DNA of 64,000 nt from positions 5,728,001-5,792,000 of the forward strand of contig CAVYRF010000002.1 of assembly GCA_963770895.1 (NCBI GenBank). The letters are read 5' to 3'. Positions 34,851-44,903 of the stretch are shown piece after piece. The DNA is from an uncultured Acidobacteriota bacterium (GTDB taxonomy: Bacteria; Acidobacteriota; Thermoanaerobaculia; Multivoradales; UBA5704). The first letter of the stretch is position 1. Every line of letters begins with the position of its first letter. The translations under genes and the position numbers were made by a program. The notes under the pieces were generated by a model. The model did no database searches. It was given only the letters and a program-made list of their open reading frames with translations, and was not told the DNA's origin.

Positions 34851-35633
34851 TCAGACTTGAGCGCCGCGGCACGCTGCAATCGCATCGGTGAGCGCCGGCA
34901 GCGCTTCCCCGGCCGGCGAAGTCAGCCGCAGGCGGGCAAACGGCGAGTACGGCGTGGGTTCGGGATTGACTTCGATGAGCCAGGCTCCGGCTTCCAGAGC
35001 CGTGCGGATCAGGCCGGCGGCCGGGTAGACCTGGGCGGAGGTGCCGGCGGCGAGGATGAGGTCGCAGGCGGCCGCCGCCTGTCCGGCGCGGGCCAGCGCT
35101 GCGACCGGCAGGCTCTCGCCAAACCAGACCACTGCCGGCCGGAAGCGTCCGCCTCCGGCCGCGCAGGTCCCCACCCCGCAGGACGGCGGCGCCGCAGGGG
35201 ACCGAGCGATGGCGTCGGCCATCGGCTGCCGCCGCCCGCAGGTATCGCAGTACGCTTCGGCGAGCGAACCGTGCAAGGGCACGACGTCGCTGCTGCCGGC
35301 TCGCTGGTGCAGGTTGTCGACGTTCTGGGTCACCAACAAGAAGGACGGAAACAGGGCCTGCCAGCGCGCAAGAGCCAGGTGTCCGGCGTTGGGCCTGGCC
35401 GCGACCAGCACCGAATGGCGCCAGGCGTACCACTGCCACACCCGCTCCGGGGTGCGGTAGAAGGCCTCGGGGGTCGCCAGCTCTTCGGGCCGCTGCTGCT
35501 GCCACAGCCCGCCGGCGCCGCGAAAGGTGCCCAGGCCGCTCTCCTGCGACACTCCGGCGCCGGTCAGCGCCACCACCCGCGTCGCCTGCCGTACGCGGTC
35601 TGCAAGCTCGTCATCCAGTCGTACCATCGACAT
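34851..35633 (-). CDS. cobB: NAD-dependent protein deacylase (sirtuin)
   Basis: [19 protein letters not shown], Cxx[20 protein letters not shown]. Confidence 0.92.
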   Translation of the reverse strand: MSMVRLDDELADRVRQATRVVALTGAGVSQESGLGTFRGAGGLWQQQRPEELATPEAFYRTPERVWQWYAWRHSVLVAARPNAGHLALARWQALFPSFLLVTQNVDNLHQRAGSSDVVPLHGSLAEAYCDTCGRRQPMADAIARSPAAPPSCGVGTCAAGGGRFRPAVVWFGESLPVAALARAGQAAAACDLILAAGTSAQVYPAAGLIRTALEAGAWLIEVNPEPTPYSPFARLRLTSPAGEALPALTDAIAACRGAQV

Positions 35634-35910
35634 CCGCGCTCCTTCCGCGGCGCCAGGCCTGGGTGCCCGGCGCACTCCACTGGCCCGCTCGGTTCACTGG
35701 GATGGTCGTCGCGGAGCAGTCCGGTCCTCTGCCAAGGCGCGCCGACGCAGGACCGCTAGCTCCATGATGTCGCAGGATGAGCGTCGGCGGGTGCACGGTG
35801 CACCGGGTTACAGCCCCAGGCCGTATACTGAAGTGCGATCCCGATCGCCGATCGCCGGGTCGCCGCCGCGGCCCGGGCGACCTCGCGCGCGAAGGAAAGG
35901 AGACGTTCCG

Positions 35911-36855
35911 ATGAGCTACCAGGCAGGCCTCACGGCAGCCGGCAACCGCCGCCCCTACGCAGGCGTCGCGGCAGCCGGCAATGATCGCCCCCGCCGTTGT
36001 CGATGGATTTCGTCCCACGCAGCTGCCGGTGCTCGCCTCGACCCGCCGCGATCCCTGCGTGCGGCCGTCGTTGGTGGCGCGGCGTTGGCGCTCCTGGTCC
36101 TGGCAGCGCCGGCGGCGGTTTGGGGTGCGGCGCCGGAAGGCTCCTACCAGAAGAGCTGCAAGGACATCCAGATGTCCGCCGACGGCGCGACGCTGTCGGC
36201 CACCTGCAAACAGCACGACGGCACGTGGCATCCCACCAGCCTGTCCGGGCTCAAGGACTGCACCGATCCGGTCGCCAATCTCAACGGCAACCTGCGCTGC
36301 AACAAGGGGGGCGTGCCGCCGGAAGGCTCCTACAGCGCCTCCTGCCGCGAAATCTGGCTGGAGGCAGGCACCCTGCACGCCGCCTGCGACGACGGCCAGG
36401 GCCACACCCTGGCGAACGACCTGCAATCCGTCAGCACCTGCACCACCCGCGTGGCCAACATCCACGGCCACCTGACCTGCGCCCAGGGCGGCAAGCCGCC
36501 CGCCGGCACCTACGGCCGCAGCTGCTGGGACGTCGTGGTCAGCGGCTCGTCCCTGGCCGCCACCTGCCGCGCGATCAACGGCTCCTCCCGCTCCAGCACC
36601 CTGTCGCTGACCGAACCCTGCCGCGGCGCCGTGCGCGACGTCGACGGCTACCTCACCTGCAACCGCGGCTCGGCCGATCCGCCGCCGGGCTCCTACCTGA
36701 AGACCTGCATCGACATCAAGGTCGATGGCAATGCCCTGCAAGCCCGCTGCGAGGACACGACCGGCACGCCGGTGGCGGCCCACCTGGACGACGACCGCGG
36801 TTGCACCGCCATCGCCAACCACAACGGCACCCTGGCCTGCGTAAAGCCGAAGTAG
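35911..36855 (+). CDS. Secreted protein with four CVNH-like (cyanovirin-N homology) repeats
   Basis: Four repeats of PxG(S/T)YxxSC...LxAxC...C...(N/D)xxGxLxC after a hydrophobic signal segment; ATG 35911 after AAGGAG. Confidence 0.7.
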   Translation: MSYQAGLTAAGNRRPYAGVAAAGNDRPRRCRWISSHAAAGARLDPPRSLRAAVVGGAALALLVLAAPAAVWGAAPEGSYQKSCKDIQMSADGATLSATCKQHDGTWHPTSLSGLKDCTDPVANLNGNLRCNKGGVPPEGSYSASCREIWLEAGTLHAACDDGQGHTLANDLQSVSTCTTRVANIHGHLTCAQGGKPPAGTYGRSCWDVVVSGSSLAATCRAINGSSRSSTLSLTEPCRGAVRDVDGYLTCNRGSADPPPGSYLKTCIDIKVDGNALQARCEDTTGTPVAAHLDDDRGCTAIANHNGTLACVKPK

Positions 36856-37069
36856 CGCCGGCCGCGGCCCACAGATTTGCCGCGCCGCTCCAGCCGGCGA
36901 AAAGCAACTGGGCATCGCCGTCTGTACGCCCCGCTGCGTCCCACGCTGGCCCGCGGCGCCCGGCGGTGAAGCCAGTGGCGCCAGTGCTCCTCCGGCGCCA
37001 ACCCTGACGGAAGTGCCCGCGGTGGCGTCCGTGGCCGCGCCCCACGGCGAAACGCAGGTGGGGCGCCGC

Positions 37070-37471
37070 TCAGTGCTGGGTTTGCTGGATCGAAAGGATG
37101 TTGCCGTCGGGGTCCTTGAACCAGGCGACGCGCGAGCCGTCGGGGAACTCGGCGATGCCTTCCTGGTTCTGCTGGATCCAGGTGTAGCGTTCGATCGCCA
37201 CGCCGGCGGCGGTCAGGCCCTCGACCGTGGCGCTGATGTCCTGCACCCGCCAGCCCAGCGCGGTGCGCGGCACCGGCGTCAGCTCGGGGCCTTTCTGGAT
37301 GCGCAGGCGGGTGCCGTTGGACTCCATCACCAGCATGTAGGGATTTTCGTCCACGAACTGCAAGCCCAGCTTGCCTTCGTAAAAGGCGCGGCTGCGCACC
37401 GCATCGGTGGTGGCGATAAACGCCACCAGGTCCGCGGATCGCAAGGGGAACTCCGGCGACGATGGCTGCAT
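37070..37471 (-). CDS. VOC/glyoxalase family protein
   Basis: SRAFYEGKLGL...VAWFKDPDGNILSI. Confidence 0.88.
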   Translation of the reverse strand: MQPSSPEFPLRSADLVAFIATTDAVRSRAFYEGKLGLQFVDENPYMLVMESNGTRLRIQKGPELTPVPRTALGWRVQDISATVEGLTAAGVAIERYTWIQQNQEGIAEFPDGSRVAWFKDPDGNILSIQQTQH

Positions 37472-37500
37472 CTGAGGCTCCTTTCCGGTTGATCGCTGCT

Positions 37501-37541
37501 CTAGTCTCAATTAGACTAGTGGAGCCCGGCGAGGCCGTCAA
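37501..37541 (-). promoter_or_regulatory. Promoter of VOC gene with overlapping palindromic operator
   Basis: Minus strand TTGACG-17-TAGTCT; palindrome CTAGTCT-CAATT-AGACTAG at 37501-37519 covers the -10. Confidence 0.6.
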
Positions 37542-37630
37542 GCCCACACCTGTTGCGGATTGCGGGAGGTGGTGAGCAACGGCGGTGGGTGAGAATTGAC
37601 GCGAGCGGAACCAGCGGGGAACGATTAGAG

Positions 37631-38215
37631 ATGACGCCGCCGCGCAACAAGGCCGCCGACCAGCTGACGCCAGCCGACCTGCTGGTCTTGGCGATGCTCG
37701 CCGAAAGGCCGACGCACGGCTATGACCTGGTGGCGGCGCTGGATCGGCGCGACGCCGGCGACAACGCCACCGTGTCGAAGGCGCAGATCTACTACTCGCT
37801 CAAGAAGCTGCAGCGCCTGGGCCTGATCCTTGCCGCCAGGGACGACGGCTCGCCCGCCGGGCCGGAGCGCGAACCCTACCGCCTTGCCGCCGCCGGCCGC
37901 CGCGCCATGAGCGCCGCGCTGTCGCGGCCGGAATGGGCCCGCCAGCGCCCGCCCATCCCCTTCCACACCTGGCTGGCCCTGGTCGGCCAGGGCGAGCCCG
38001 CCGACCGCTCCGCCGTCCTCAAGGCCCGCCGCGACTTCCTGGACGAAGAGATCGCAAAGGAGAGCCGCGCCCTGGCCGCCCTGCGCGCCGACCCCGATCC
38101 GACCAAGGCCGTCACCCAGGCCCTGGTCTCCCACACCATCGAGGTCTACCGCCTGGAACGCCAGCTGCTGGACGCCGTCGAAGGAATGCTGCGCACCCCC
38201 GAGCCTCAACCGTGA
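37631..38215 (+). CDS. PadR family transcriptional regulator
   Basis: VLAMLAERPTHGYDL, QIYYSLKKLQRLGLI, YRLAAAGRRA. Confidence 0.85.
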   Translation: MTPPRNKAADQLTPADLLVLAMLAERPTHGYDLVAALDRRDAGDNATVSKAQIYYSLKKLQRLGLILAARDDGSPAGPEREPYRLAAAGRRAMSAALSRPEWARQRPPIPFHTWLALVGQGEPADRSAVLKARRDFLDEEIAKESRALAALRADPDPTKAVTQALVSHTIEVYRLERQLLDAVEGMLRTPEPQP

Positions 38216-39699
38216 GCGGGCAGCCCCACGGCATCGGGTTGCACAAGCGAGGATATCCTTGACGGGGGCGCACTCGGGGAGTTGGAATTGGTCCAAATGC
38301 CACGCAAGCTCTCGTCTTCGAGGAGCGCGAGCGTTTTGCGGTAATCCCTGGCCTCGGCAATCCGCGTCACCTCGATATCAGCAGGTGGCAATTCTGTCGC
38401 CGCAAGGATCTCATCCAAGGTAACGCGAAAAAATTCCCTGCGTTCGTTGATTCGGTTCATGCGCCGATAGTGGAAGATGCGGTGAAGCTTGCACTCAAGG
38501 GCGGGAGCATCCTCCGACCGGATCATAGCGTGCACGTCGAAATCGAATGGCACAGCGGCGCCGCTTAGCTCTCGCACCCGCTCTTGGGGGTCGAGCCTGC
38601 GTGTCATGCCGATCTTGAACACGTTCTCACCAAACGATCCAATGTTAGAGATGATATAGACGTTTCCTGAACGGGTCAGCTGTGCTTGTGAGATGGCGCG
38701 CTCCTTGGCAGCGCGAGCGTCGGCGAGCTTTTGCTGCAGCTCGGCGATCTGTGCATTCATCTCTTCTCGCTTGGCCCCCTCTGTCCGTTCGATCTCTCCG
38801 CGTGCGCGGGCGAGCGCCTGCTCGTAGCGTGTCTCTTCCCGTTCGGCCTCAATCCGGGCCTTTTCCATCTCCCTTTGGGCGATCTCTTCTTCCCGAATTT
38901 GCTCGCGCAGGCGGCGCTGTTCCTCTTTCTCCTCTTGCACCTTCTCCTGATACTCGTGAGCCAGGTGTAACTCTTCCAGCTTTAGGGCTTGGAACGCTGA
39001 TGAGATTTGGCACTTCTGCACCTCGGCAAGACTATTGATCTTCTCTAGCGCTTTCTGGATGCGCGCTTCCATGACGCCCACATTATTGAATTTCACTTTG
39101 GCGACAGCGGCATCGCACTCGCCATTGAAAGCCCGCAGCATCAGGTTAAGCGTCTGGGAGATCTGTTTTCTACCTTCTACTTTGCTGCCATTTACCGTCC
39201 ACGCAATGCCGCATGTCGCCGCCGTTTTCGACTTGATCATCTCCTTCTGTGCATCGCGAATCCGCTCCAACTCTGCCTGATAGTGGGCAGAGTCAACAAA
39301 TTGATAACGCGGTTTGTAGAAACCAAAAGATTGCAGCGTGGATTCTTCGTCGAGCGACTGAAGCTCCCTGCGGAGCATAGCTATTTGCGACTGGACGTCC
39401 GTCAATTCAGCAGTTGCCGACGATCGCAACGCCTGGAGCTTTTCTGTCTCCTGCCTTTGCAGCGCCTTTTCCCGCTCGCCGGATGCAATCGCTTCGTCCC
39501 GATCCCGCTGCAAGCTGATGAGGATCCGCGATCGCTCGGCATCGGCATCGATTACACCTTTAAAGCGCTCGGCAAGGGCGTCTTGAGAGGCTTTCAGGGC
39601 GTCTCTTTCGGCCGACAAAGCACCAAACCGTCGTGAGAGGAGTGCGATGATGAGAATTGCAATTGCGAGCAGAATTATGGAGATGATCAGCGGATACAT
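38206..39699 (-). CDS. Membrane-anchored DUF4041 + T5orf172/GIY-YIG-like nuclease (PD-lambda-1/SNIPE-like)
   Basis: N-terminal TM, coiled coil, MLRAFNGECDAAVAKV (DUF4041), GNVYIISNIGSFGENVFKIGMTRRLDP...VPFDFDVHA; lower GC than flanks. Confidence 0.85.
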   Translation of the reverse strand: MYPLIISIILLAIAILIIALLSRRFGALSAERDALKASQDALAERFKGVIDADAERSRILISLQRDRDEAIASGEREKALQRQETEKLQALRSSATAELTDVQSQIAMLRRELQSLDEESTLQSFGFYKPRYQFVDSAHYQAELERIRDAQKEMIKSKTAATCGIAWTVNGSKVEGRKQISQTLNLMLRAFNGECDAAVAKVKFNNVGVMEARIQKALEKINSLAEVQKCQISSAFQALKLEELHLAHEYQEKVQEEKEEQRRLREQIREEEIAQREMEKARIEAEREETRYEQALARARGEIERTEGAKREEMNAQIAELQQKLADARAAKERAISQAQLTRSGNVYIISNIGSFGENVFKIGMTRRLDPQERVRELSGAAVPFDFDVHAMIRSEDAPALECKLHRIFHYRRMNRINERREFFRVTLDEILAATELPPADIEVTRIAEARDYRKTLALLEDESLRGIWTNSNSPSAPPSRISSLVQPDAVGLPAHG

Positions 39700-39885
39700 A
39701 TGCAGATCCTCATAGGTGAAATTTTCGCCTTACCGCAGACACATACAGTACGACCTATGGATTTTGAGCAAGTATAGCCTCAGCTCAATCCAGTCGTCAA
39801 CGGTGGGGGTTTGACTCGACTGGCGGCATACTGGTAGAAACCGCGCGCCCGCGGTGTGGCGCTTTTTCTTTTGGGAGGATGAGGG

Positions 39886-40776
39886 ATGCCTTTGATGCCG
39901 ACGAATTTTGGGTTGCTGGAGAGCCCTTACTGCGACTATGAGCGCAGCCGGGTGGTGGTGCTGCCGGTGCCGTTTGAGCGCACGACGAGCTATGGGAAGG
40001 GGACTTCGCTGGGGCCGGCGGGGATCATCCGGGCTTCGCAGAGCATGGAGCTGTACGACGAGGAGCTGGAGGCCGAGCCGTTTGGGCAGGGGATCGCGAC
40101 GCTGGCTCCGTTCCTGCCCGAGGCGTTCGACATGGCGGCGGCGCTGGGCGAGATCGAGGCGGAGGCGGGCAGGCATTTCGCGCAGGGGAAGTTTGTGGTG
40201 ACGCTGGGCGGCGAGCACAGCCTGACGCTGGCGCCGGCGCGCGCCGCGCGGACGACGCACGGCGCGATCGGCGTGCTGCAGTTTGACGCCCACGCCGATC
40301 TGCGCGAGGAGTACGAGGGGACGCCCTACAGCCATGCCAGCGTCATGAAGCGCATCCTGGACGACGGCTTCCCCACCGCCGCGATCGGCATCCGGTCGCT
40401 GTCGGCTCCCGAGGCCGCCCTGGTCCGCCACCGGCAGCTGCCGATCGTCTGGGGGCACGAGCTGGACCAGGCGGCCGAAGCGCTGCCGCAGCTGCTGACC
40501 GCTTTGCCCGAAAAGATCTACCTGACGTTCGACATCGACTTCTTCGATCCTGCCCTGGTGCCCGCCACCGGCACCCCCGAGCCCGGCGGCGGCTGGTGGT
40601 ACCCCACGCTGGCCCTGCTGCGCGCGGTGTTCAGCACCAAGACGGTGGTGGGCATGGATCTGGTGGAGCTGGCCCCCGTCCACCACCACCCGGCCAGCGA
40701 CTTCCTGGCCGCCAAGCTGATCTACAAGTGCCTGGGCTACCTGCAGGAGGTCGAGTCCGGCCACGTCCTGCATTGA
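39886..40776 (+). CDS. speB: Agmatinase
   Basis: LGGEHS, FDAHADLR, SHAS, FDIDFFDP, TGTPEPGG. Confidence 0.9.
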   Translation: MPLMPTNFGLLESPYCDYERSRVVVLPVPFERTTSYGKGTSLGPAGIIRASQSMELYDEELEAEPFGQGIATLAPFLPEAFDMAAALGEIEAEAGRHFAQGKFVVTLGGEHSLTLAPARAARTTHGAIGVLQFDAHADLREEYEGTPYSHASVMKRILDDGFPTAAIGIRSLSAPEAALVRHRQLPIVWGHELDQAAEALPQLLTALPEKIYLTFDIDFFDPALVPATGTPEPGGGWWYPTLALLRAVFSTKTVVGMDLVELAPVHHHPASDFLAAKLIYKCLGYLQEVESGHVLH

Positions 40777-40855
40777 CGCCGGCGGCGCGCGGCGGGGCGG
40801 CGCGCCAGGGCGCGACCGCGGCCGTGCCCAGGAGGGCCTCGCCGCCGGCCGGCGG

Positions 40856-42820
40856 CTACTTGCCGAGCAGGTGCAGGACGCCGGTCGAGAGGGCGGGGAT
40901 GTAGGTGATGGCGAGGACGCCGGCGCCCAGGATCGCCAGGAACGGCAGGACGTGGCGGTAGAGCTGCGGCAGCGGTTTGCCGAAGCGCGACGAGGACAGG
41001 AACAGGTTGAGGCCGACCGGCGGGAAGAGGAAGCCCAGCTCCAGGTTGGCGAGAAAGATCACGCCCAGGTGCACCGGGTCGACGCCGAAGGCGGCGCCGG
41101 TGGGGGCGATGAGCGGTGCCAGGACGATGATCGCCGAGTAGATCTCGAGCACGCTCCCCAGGACCAGCAGCAGCACGTTCAAGGCCAGCAGGAAGACCAG
41201 CTGCGAGTGGATGTGCAGCTTGACCCAGGCGAGCAGCTGGTCGGGGATCTGGGCTTCGACCAGGTAGCCGGTGAGGCCCATCGCGATGCTCAGCAGGATG
41301 AGCACCGCCCCCATCAGCGCCGAGGCGCGCAGCAGCACGCCGGGCAGCTGGCGGCCGATGGAAATGTCGCGGTGGATGAAGCATTCGACGATGACGGCGT
41401 AGGCGACGGCCGCCGCCGCGGTTTCCACCATCGAGGCGACGCCGCTGCCGAAGAGCGCGATGACGAAGACCGGCAGCCCCAGCTCCCACTTGGCGACCCA
41501 GCCGGCACGGGCCAGCTCGCGCCACGAGAAGCGCTGCACGGTGCGGGCGCGCGCCGCCCAGCCGGTGCGGATGCCGTAGGCGGCGACCAGCAGCACCAGC
41601 AGCAAGCCGGGCACCAGGCCGGCCAGGTAGAGCGACTCGGCCGGCACGCTGCCGCCCTGGCCGTTGCTGGCGACGACGCTGTACAGGATGACCGGCAGGC
41701 TGGGAGGGAACAGCAGCCCCAGGCTGCCCGCCGCGGTGACCAGGCCGAGCGAGAAGCCTTCGGGATAGCCGTCTTCCTTGAGGATCGGATAGACCAGGCC
41801 GCCCAGGGCGATGATGGTGACGCCCGAGCCGCCGGTGAAGGTGGTGAAGACCGCGCACACCGCCGCCACCATGACCGCGATGCCGCCCGGCATCCAGCCG
41901 AACAGGGCGCGGAAGAAACGCACCAGGCGCGAGGAGGCGCCGCTTTCGGCCAATACGTAGCCCGCCGCCGTGAGCAGCGGGATCGCCGGCAGGGTCGGCG
42001 AGGCGATCAGCCGGTAGACCTCCGCCGACACCGCCGCCACCGGCGTGCCGTCGGAGAAGAAGAGCAGCAGCGCCAGGCCGCCCATGGCGACGAAGACCGG
42101 CGCGCCGACCAGCGCCGCGGCGACGACCACCAGGGCGAGCGGCCAGAGCACGGCGCCGGCGTGCGCCGGAAAGAGCCCCAAGGCGAAGGCGGCGGCGATC
42201 GCCGCCAGCGACGCCAGGCGCCCGCGCCAGCGGTCGGCGCCCTGGCCGGCGCTCCAGGCAAAGCGCAGCGCCATGAGCGCCAGGGTCACCGGCATGACGC
42301 ATTCGCTGACCCACTCCGGCAGGCCTCCCGGCAGGATCTTGCCCTCCTGCCGGTTGGTGGCGACCAGCATGGCGCTGGCGTAGGCCAGGATCGCGACCAC
42401 CGCCGCCGCCACCGCGAACGCCGCGACGTGCGCGACGCGCCGGGCCAGGCCGCTGCCCAGCAGCTCGGCGGACGACAGCGTCAGGTGCTTGTGCCAGCGC
42501 GTCGCCGCCAGACCGCCGACGAAGGCGAGCCACAGGGTCAGCTGTTGGACGTAGAGCTCCGAGCCGGGGATGTGCAGGCCGCCCAGCGGCCGGCCCAGCG
42601 CGCCGATCAGCGGCAGCAGGGTGGCGAGCCCCAAGGCCGCCACCAGCACCCACTCTTCGACCCGTTGCAGCACGCCGCCGCCGCCGGTTTCGGGCTCGCC
42701 GCCTGGAGCACCCTGGCCCGCCGCGAAACCGGGTGCGACGGTCGCGACCGGGGCGGCCACCGCCGGCCCGGCGACGGGCAGGAACGGCTCGCCGCGGCCC
42801 TGCTCGCGTTCGGCGGTCAA
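40856..42820 (-). CDS. TRAP transporter fused small/large permease (DctQM)
   Basis: Many TM helices, AIPLLTAAG, GSLGLLFPPSLP, ELGFLFPPVGLNLF; TTG start overlapping the dctP stop inferred. Confidence 0.88.
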   Translation of the reverse strand: MTAEREQGRGEPFLPVAGPAVAAPVATVAPGFAAGQGAPGGEPETGGGGVLQRVEEWVLVAALGLATLLPLIGALGRPLGGLHIPGSELYVQQLTLWLAFVGGLAATRWHKHLTLSSAELLGSGLARRVAHVAAFAVAAAVVAILAYASAMLVATNRQEGKILPGGLPEWVSECVMPVTLALMALRFAWSAGQGADRWRGRLASLAAIAAAFALGLFPAHAGAVLWPLALVVVAAALVGAPVFVAMGGLALLLFFSDGTPVAAVSAEVYRLIASPTLPAIPLLTAAGYVLAESGASSRLVRFFRALFGWMPGGIAVMVAAVCAVFTTFTGGSGVTIIALGGLVYPILKEDGYPEGFSLGLVTAAGSLGLLFPPSLPVILYSVVASNGQGGSVPAESLYLAGLVPGLLLVLLVAAYGIRTGWAARARTVQRFSWRELARAGWVAKWELGLPVFVIALFGSGVASMVETAAAAVAYAVIVECFIHRDISIGRQLPGVLLRASALMGAVLILLSIAMGLTGYLVEAQIPDQLLAWVKLHIHSQLVFLLALNVLLLVLGSVLEIYSAIIVLAPLIAPTGAAFGVDPVHLGVIFLANLELGFLFPPVGLNLFLSSSRFGKPLPQLYRHVLPFLAILGAGVLAITYIPALSTGVLHLLGK

Positions 42821-43857
42821 TGCGCCGCGCCGCCGGCGCGCTTGCGGTATTCGTCGCGGTAGCGCAGCGCCTCGTCGAAGGCGTCGGCGGGCACGATCGG
42901 GCCGCGGACGTGGGGGTAGACGCTTTCGGCGGCCTGGCGCCACAGGTCACGGCCGTGCGCGTCGACCGGCACCACGGTCAGGCCGCGCTGCTTCATCGCC
43001 GCGACGTCGCGGTCGCCGCTCTGGCGGACCTCGGTGCGCAGCCGGCGGCCGGCGTCGCGCATGGCCTCGATCAGGGCGGGGCGGATGTCGGCCGGGATCT
43101 TGTCCCAGGTCGCCTTGGCGATCACCGTGCCGCCCAGCAGCAGCTCCCAATTGAGATCGGTCATGAACTTGGCGTGGGTGTAGTACTGGGTGAGGACCGC
43201 CACCTGCGGCGGCACCTGGATGGCGGTGATCAGGCCGGTCTGCAACCCCGTCGAGATCTCGGTCGCGGGCAGCGGCACCGGGTGGAAGCCGGCGGCCTTG
43301 TAGATCTCTTCGCCCTGCGGATCGCCGGCGGTGGTCATCAGCTTGAGCGACTTGAGGTCGTCGGGCGTCGCCACCGGCTTCTGGGTGAAGAAGTGGTTCC
43401 AGCCGCCGTCCACCCAATTGAGCGTGACGAAGCCCTTGGCCTCCAGCTTGGCTTCCAGGCCGGGGCGCACCTTGTCGAGGACCGCGTCGACCTCGTCGTA
43501 GGAGTTGTACATCATCGGCACGCCCAGGGCGTAGACGGCGCGGTCGATCTCGGCGATGCCCACTTCGGTGAGCAGGCCGGCGTTGAGCGTGCCCAGGCGG
43601 ATCTTGCGCACCACGTCGGCGTCGTCGCCGGCGACGCCGCCGGGATAGAGGCGGATGATGACGCGGCCGCCCGAGATCGTCTTCCACTTGTCGGCGGTCT
43701 CCTTGAGCACCTGGTACCAGGAGGACCCGTCCGGCACCAGCGTCGCCATCTTGACCACCACCTGCTGGGCATGGGCGGCGGGCGCGCTTATCAGGCCGAG
43801 CGCGACGACTGCCGCCATCGCCGCCATCGCTGCTCGGTGCAGAGCGATTCGTTTCAT
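42817..43857 (-). CDS. TRAP substrate-binding protein DctP (TatP-type)
   Basis: Signal peptide, KMATLVPDGSSW, YPGGVAGDDADVVRKIRLG, GLQTGLI. Confidence 0.9.
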   Translation of the reverse strand: MKRIALHRAAMAAMAAVVALGLISAPAAHAQQVVVKMATLVPDGSSWYQVLKETADKWKTISGGRVIIRLYPGGVAGDDADVVRKIRLGTLNAGLLTEVGIAEIDRAVYALGVPMMYNSYDEVDAVLDKVRPGLEAKLEAKGFVTLNWVDGGWNHFFTQKPVATPDDLKSLKLMTTAGDPQGEEIYKAAGFHPVPLPATEISTGLQTGLITAIQVPPQVAVLTQYYTHAKFMTDLNWELLLGGTVIAKATWDKIPADIRPALIEAMRDAGRRLRTEVRQSGDRDVAAMKQRGLTVVPVDAHGRDLWRQAAESVYPHVRGPIVPADAFDEALRYRDEYRKRAGGAAH

Positions 43858-43876
43858 CTCCGTTCTCCTTCTCCCC

Positions 43877-44881
43877 TCACTCGATGAAAAGCTCGTCCGT
43901 GCGGCCGAGCAGCCAGCGCGCGCGGCGTTGCGCCAGGATGTTGGCCAGCCGCACCGCCGGCACCTGGTCGGGATCGATCGCCAGGGCGCGGTCCAGCAGC
44001 TGCTTGAACTCGGCTTTATCCTGGCGCGCCACCGAGACGGTTTCGGCGAAGCTCACCAGCGGCGCCGCGCGGTGCCCGCCGGACAGCGCCAGGGCGCGCT
44101 CCAGGTGGCGTCGCGCCGCGTCGAGCGAGCCGCCGACGCTCGACCGGCCGCCTTCGTAGGCGATGAAGAAATCGTGGATGGCGCCCATCTCGAACGATTC
44201 GTCGAGCGCCAGCGCCCGCCGCATGAGCGCTTCGGCGCGCGTCTGGTCGGCGGACAGGTCGGCGTTGTCCTTGGAGATCGCGATGGCGCTCCCCCACGCG
44301 GCGGCGGTCCAGTAGAGCAGCGGCACGTCTTGCTTGCCGGCGCCGTCCAGGGCGTGATCGGGGTCGTTGCGCAGCCGCTCGCGGACGCCGGGAAGGTCCA
44401 CCTCCAGGCCGCGGAAGCCGTAGCCGAGTGCCCGCAGGTACAGGTTGCGGGCGCGGGAGCGCAGCTCGGTCGCCCTGGCCAGGTCCTTGGCCTCGGCGAA
44501 GTCGGCTTCCTGCTGCAGGGCGCCGTAGGCATATTCGGTGTAGCCGCTGGCCGCCGCCAGCAGCAGGCCGCGGTTGGCCGGCGACTGCTCGAGCAGCGCT
44601 TCGATGGTCTTGAGGCCGAAGGGGACCGCCTGCCAGACCAGCTCGGGGTCGTTGTCGGTGGCGTAGACCGAGCTGCCTTCCGCCAGCGAGTTGCCCACTG
44701 TGTTGACGGCGATCTTCTTGAGCGAGCAGCTGCCGCCGCCCAGCGCCAGGGCGAACAGCGCGCCCAGGGCGGCGATGCGGCGCAACGTGCGGCCGGCGCC
44801 GGCGGCAGCGGTGTCAACCGGAGCGGCGATGGCCGCAGTCGTGGCAGTCGTGGCGTTGGTGGCGGCGTTGGTGGCGGTCAC
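43877..44881 (-). CDS. TRAP-associated TatT lipoprotein (TPAT T-component)
   Basis: Lipobox-like LGGGSC, DNDPELVWQAVPFGLKTIEALL, LLYWTAAAWG, RRARWLL; start approximate. Confidence 0.82.
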   Translation of the reverse strand: MTATNAATNATTATTAAIAAPVDTAAAGAGRTLRRIAALGALFALALGGGSCSLKKIAVNTVGNSLAEGSSVYATDNDPELVWQAVPFGLKTIEALLEQSPANRGLLLAAASGYTEYAYGALQQEADFAEAKDLARATELRSRARNLYLRALGYGFRGLEVDLPGVRERLRNDPDHALDGAGKQDVPLLYWTAAAWGSAIAISKDNADLSADQTRAEALMRRALALDESFEMGAIHDFFIAYEGGRSSVGGSLDAARRHLERALALSGGHRAAPLVSFAETVSVARQDKAEFKQLLDRALAIDPDQVPAVRLANILAQRRARWLLGRTDELFIE

Positions 44882-44903
44882 GGCGACGGTCCCCTTGGAA
44901 GCG

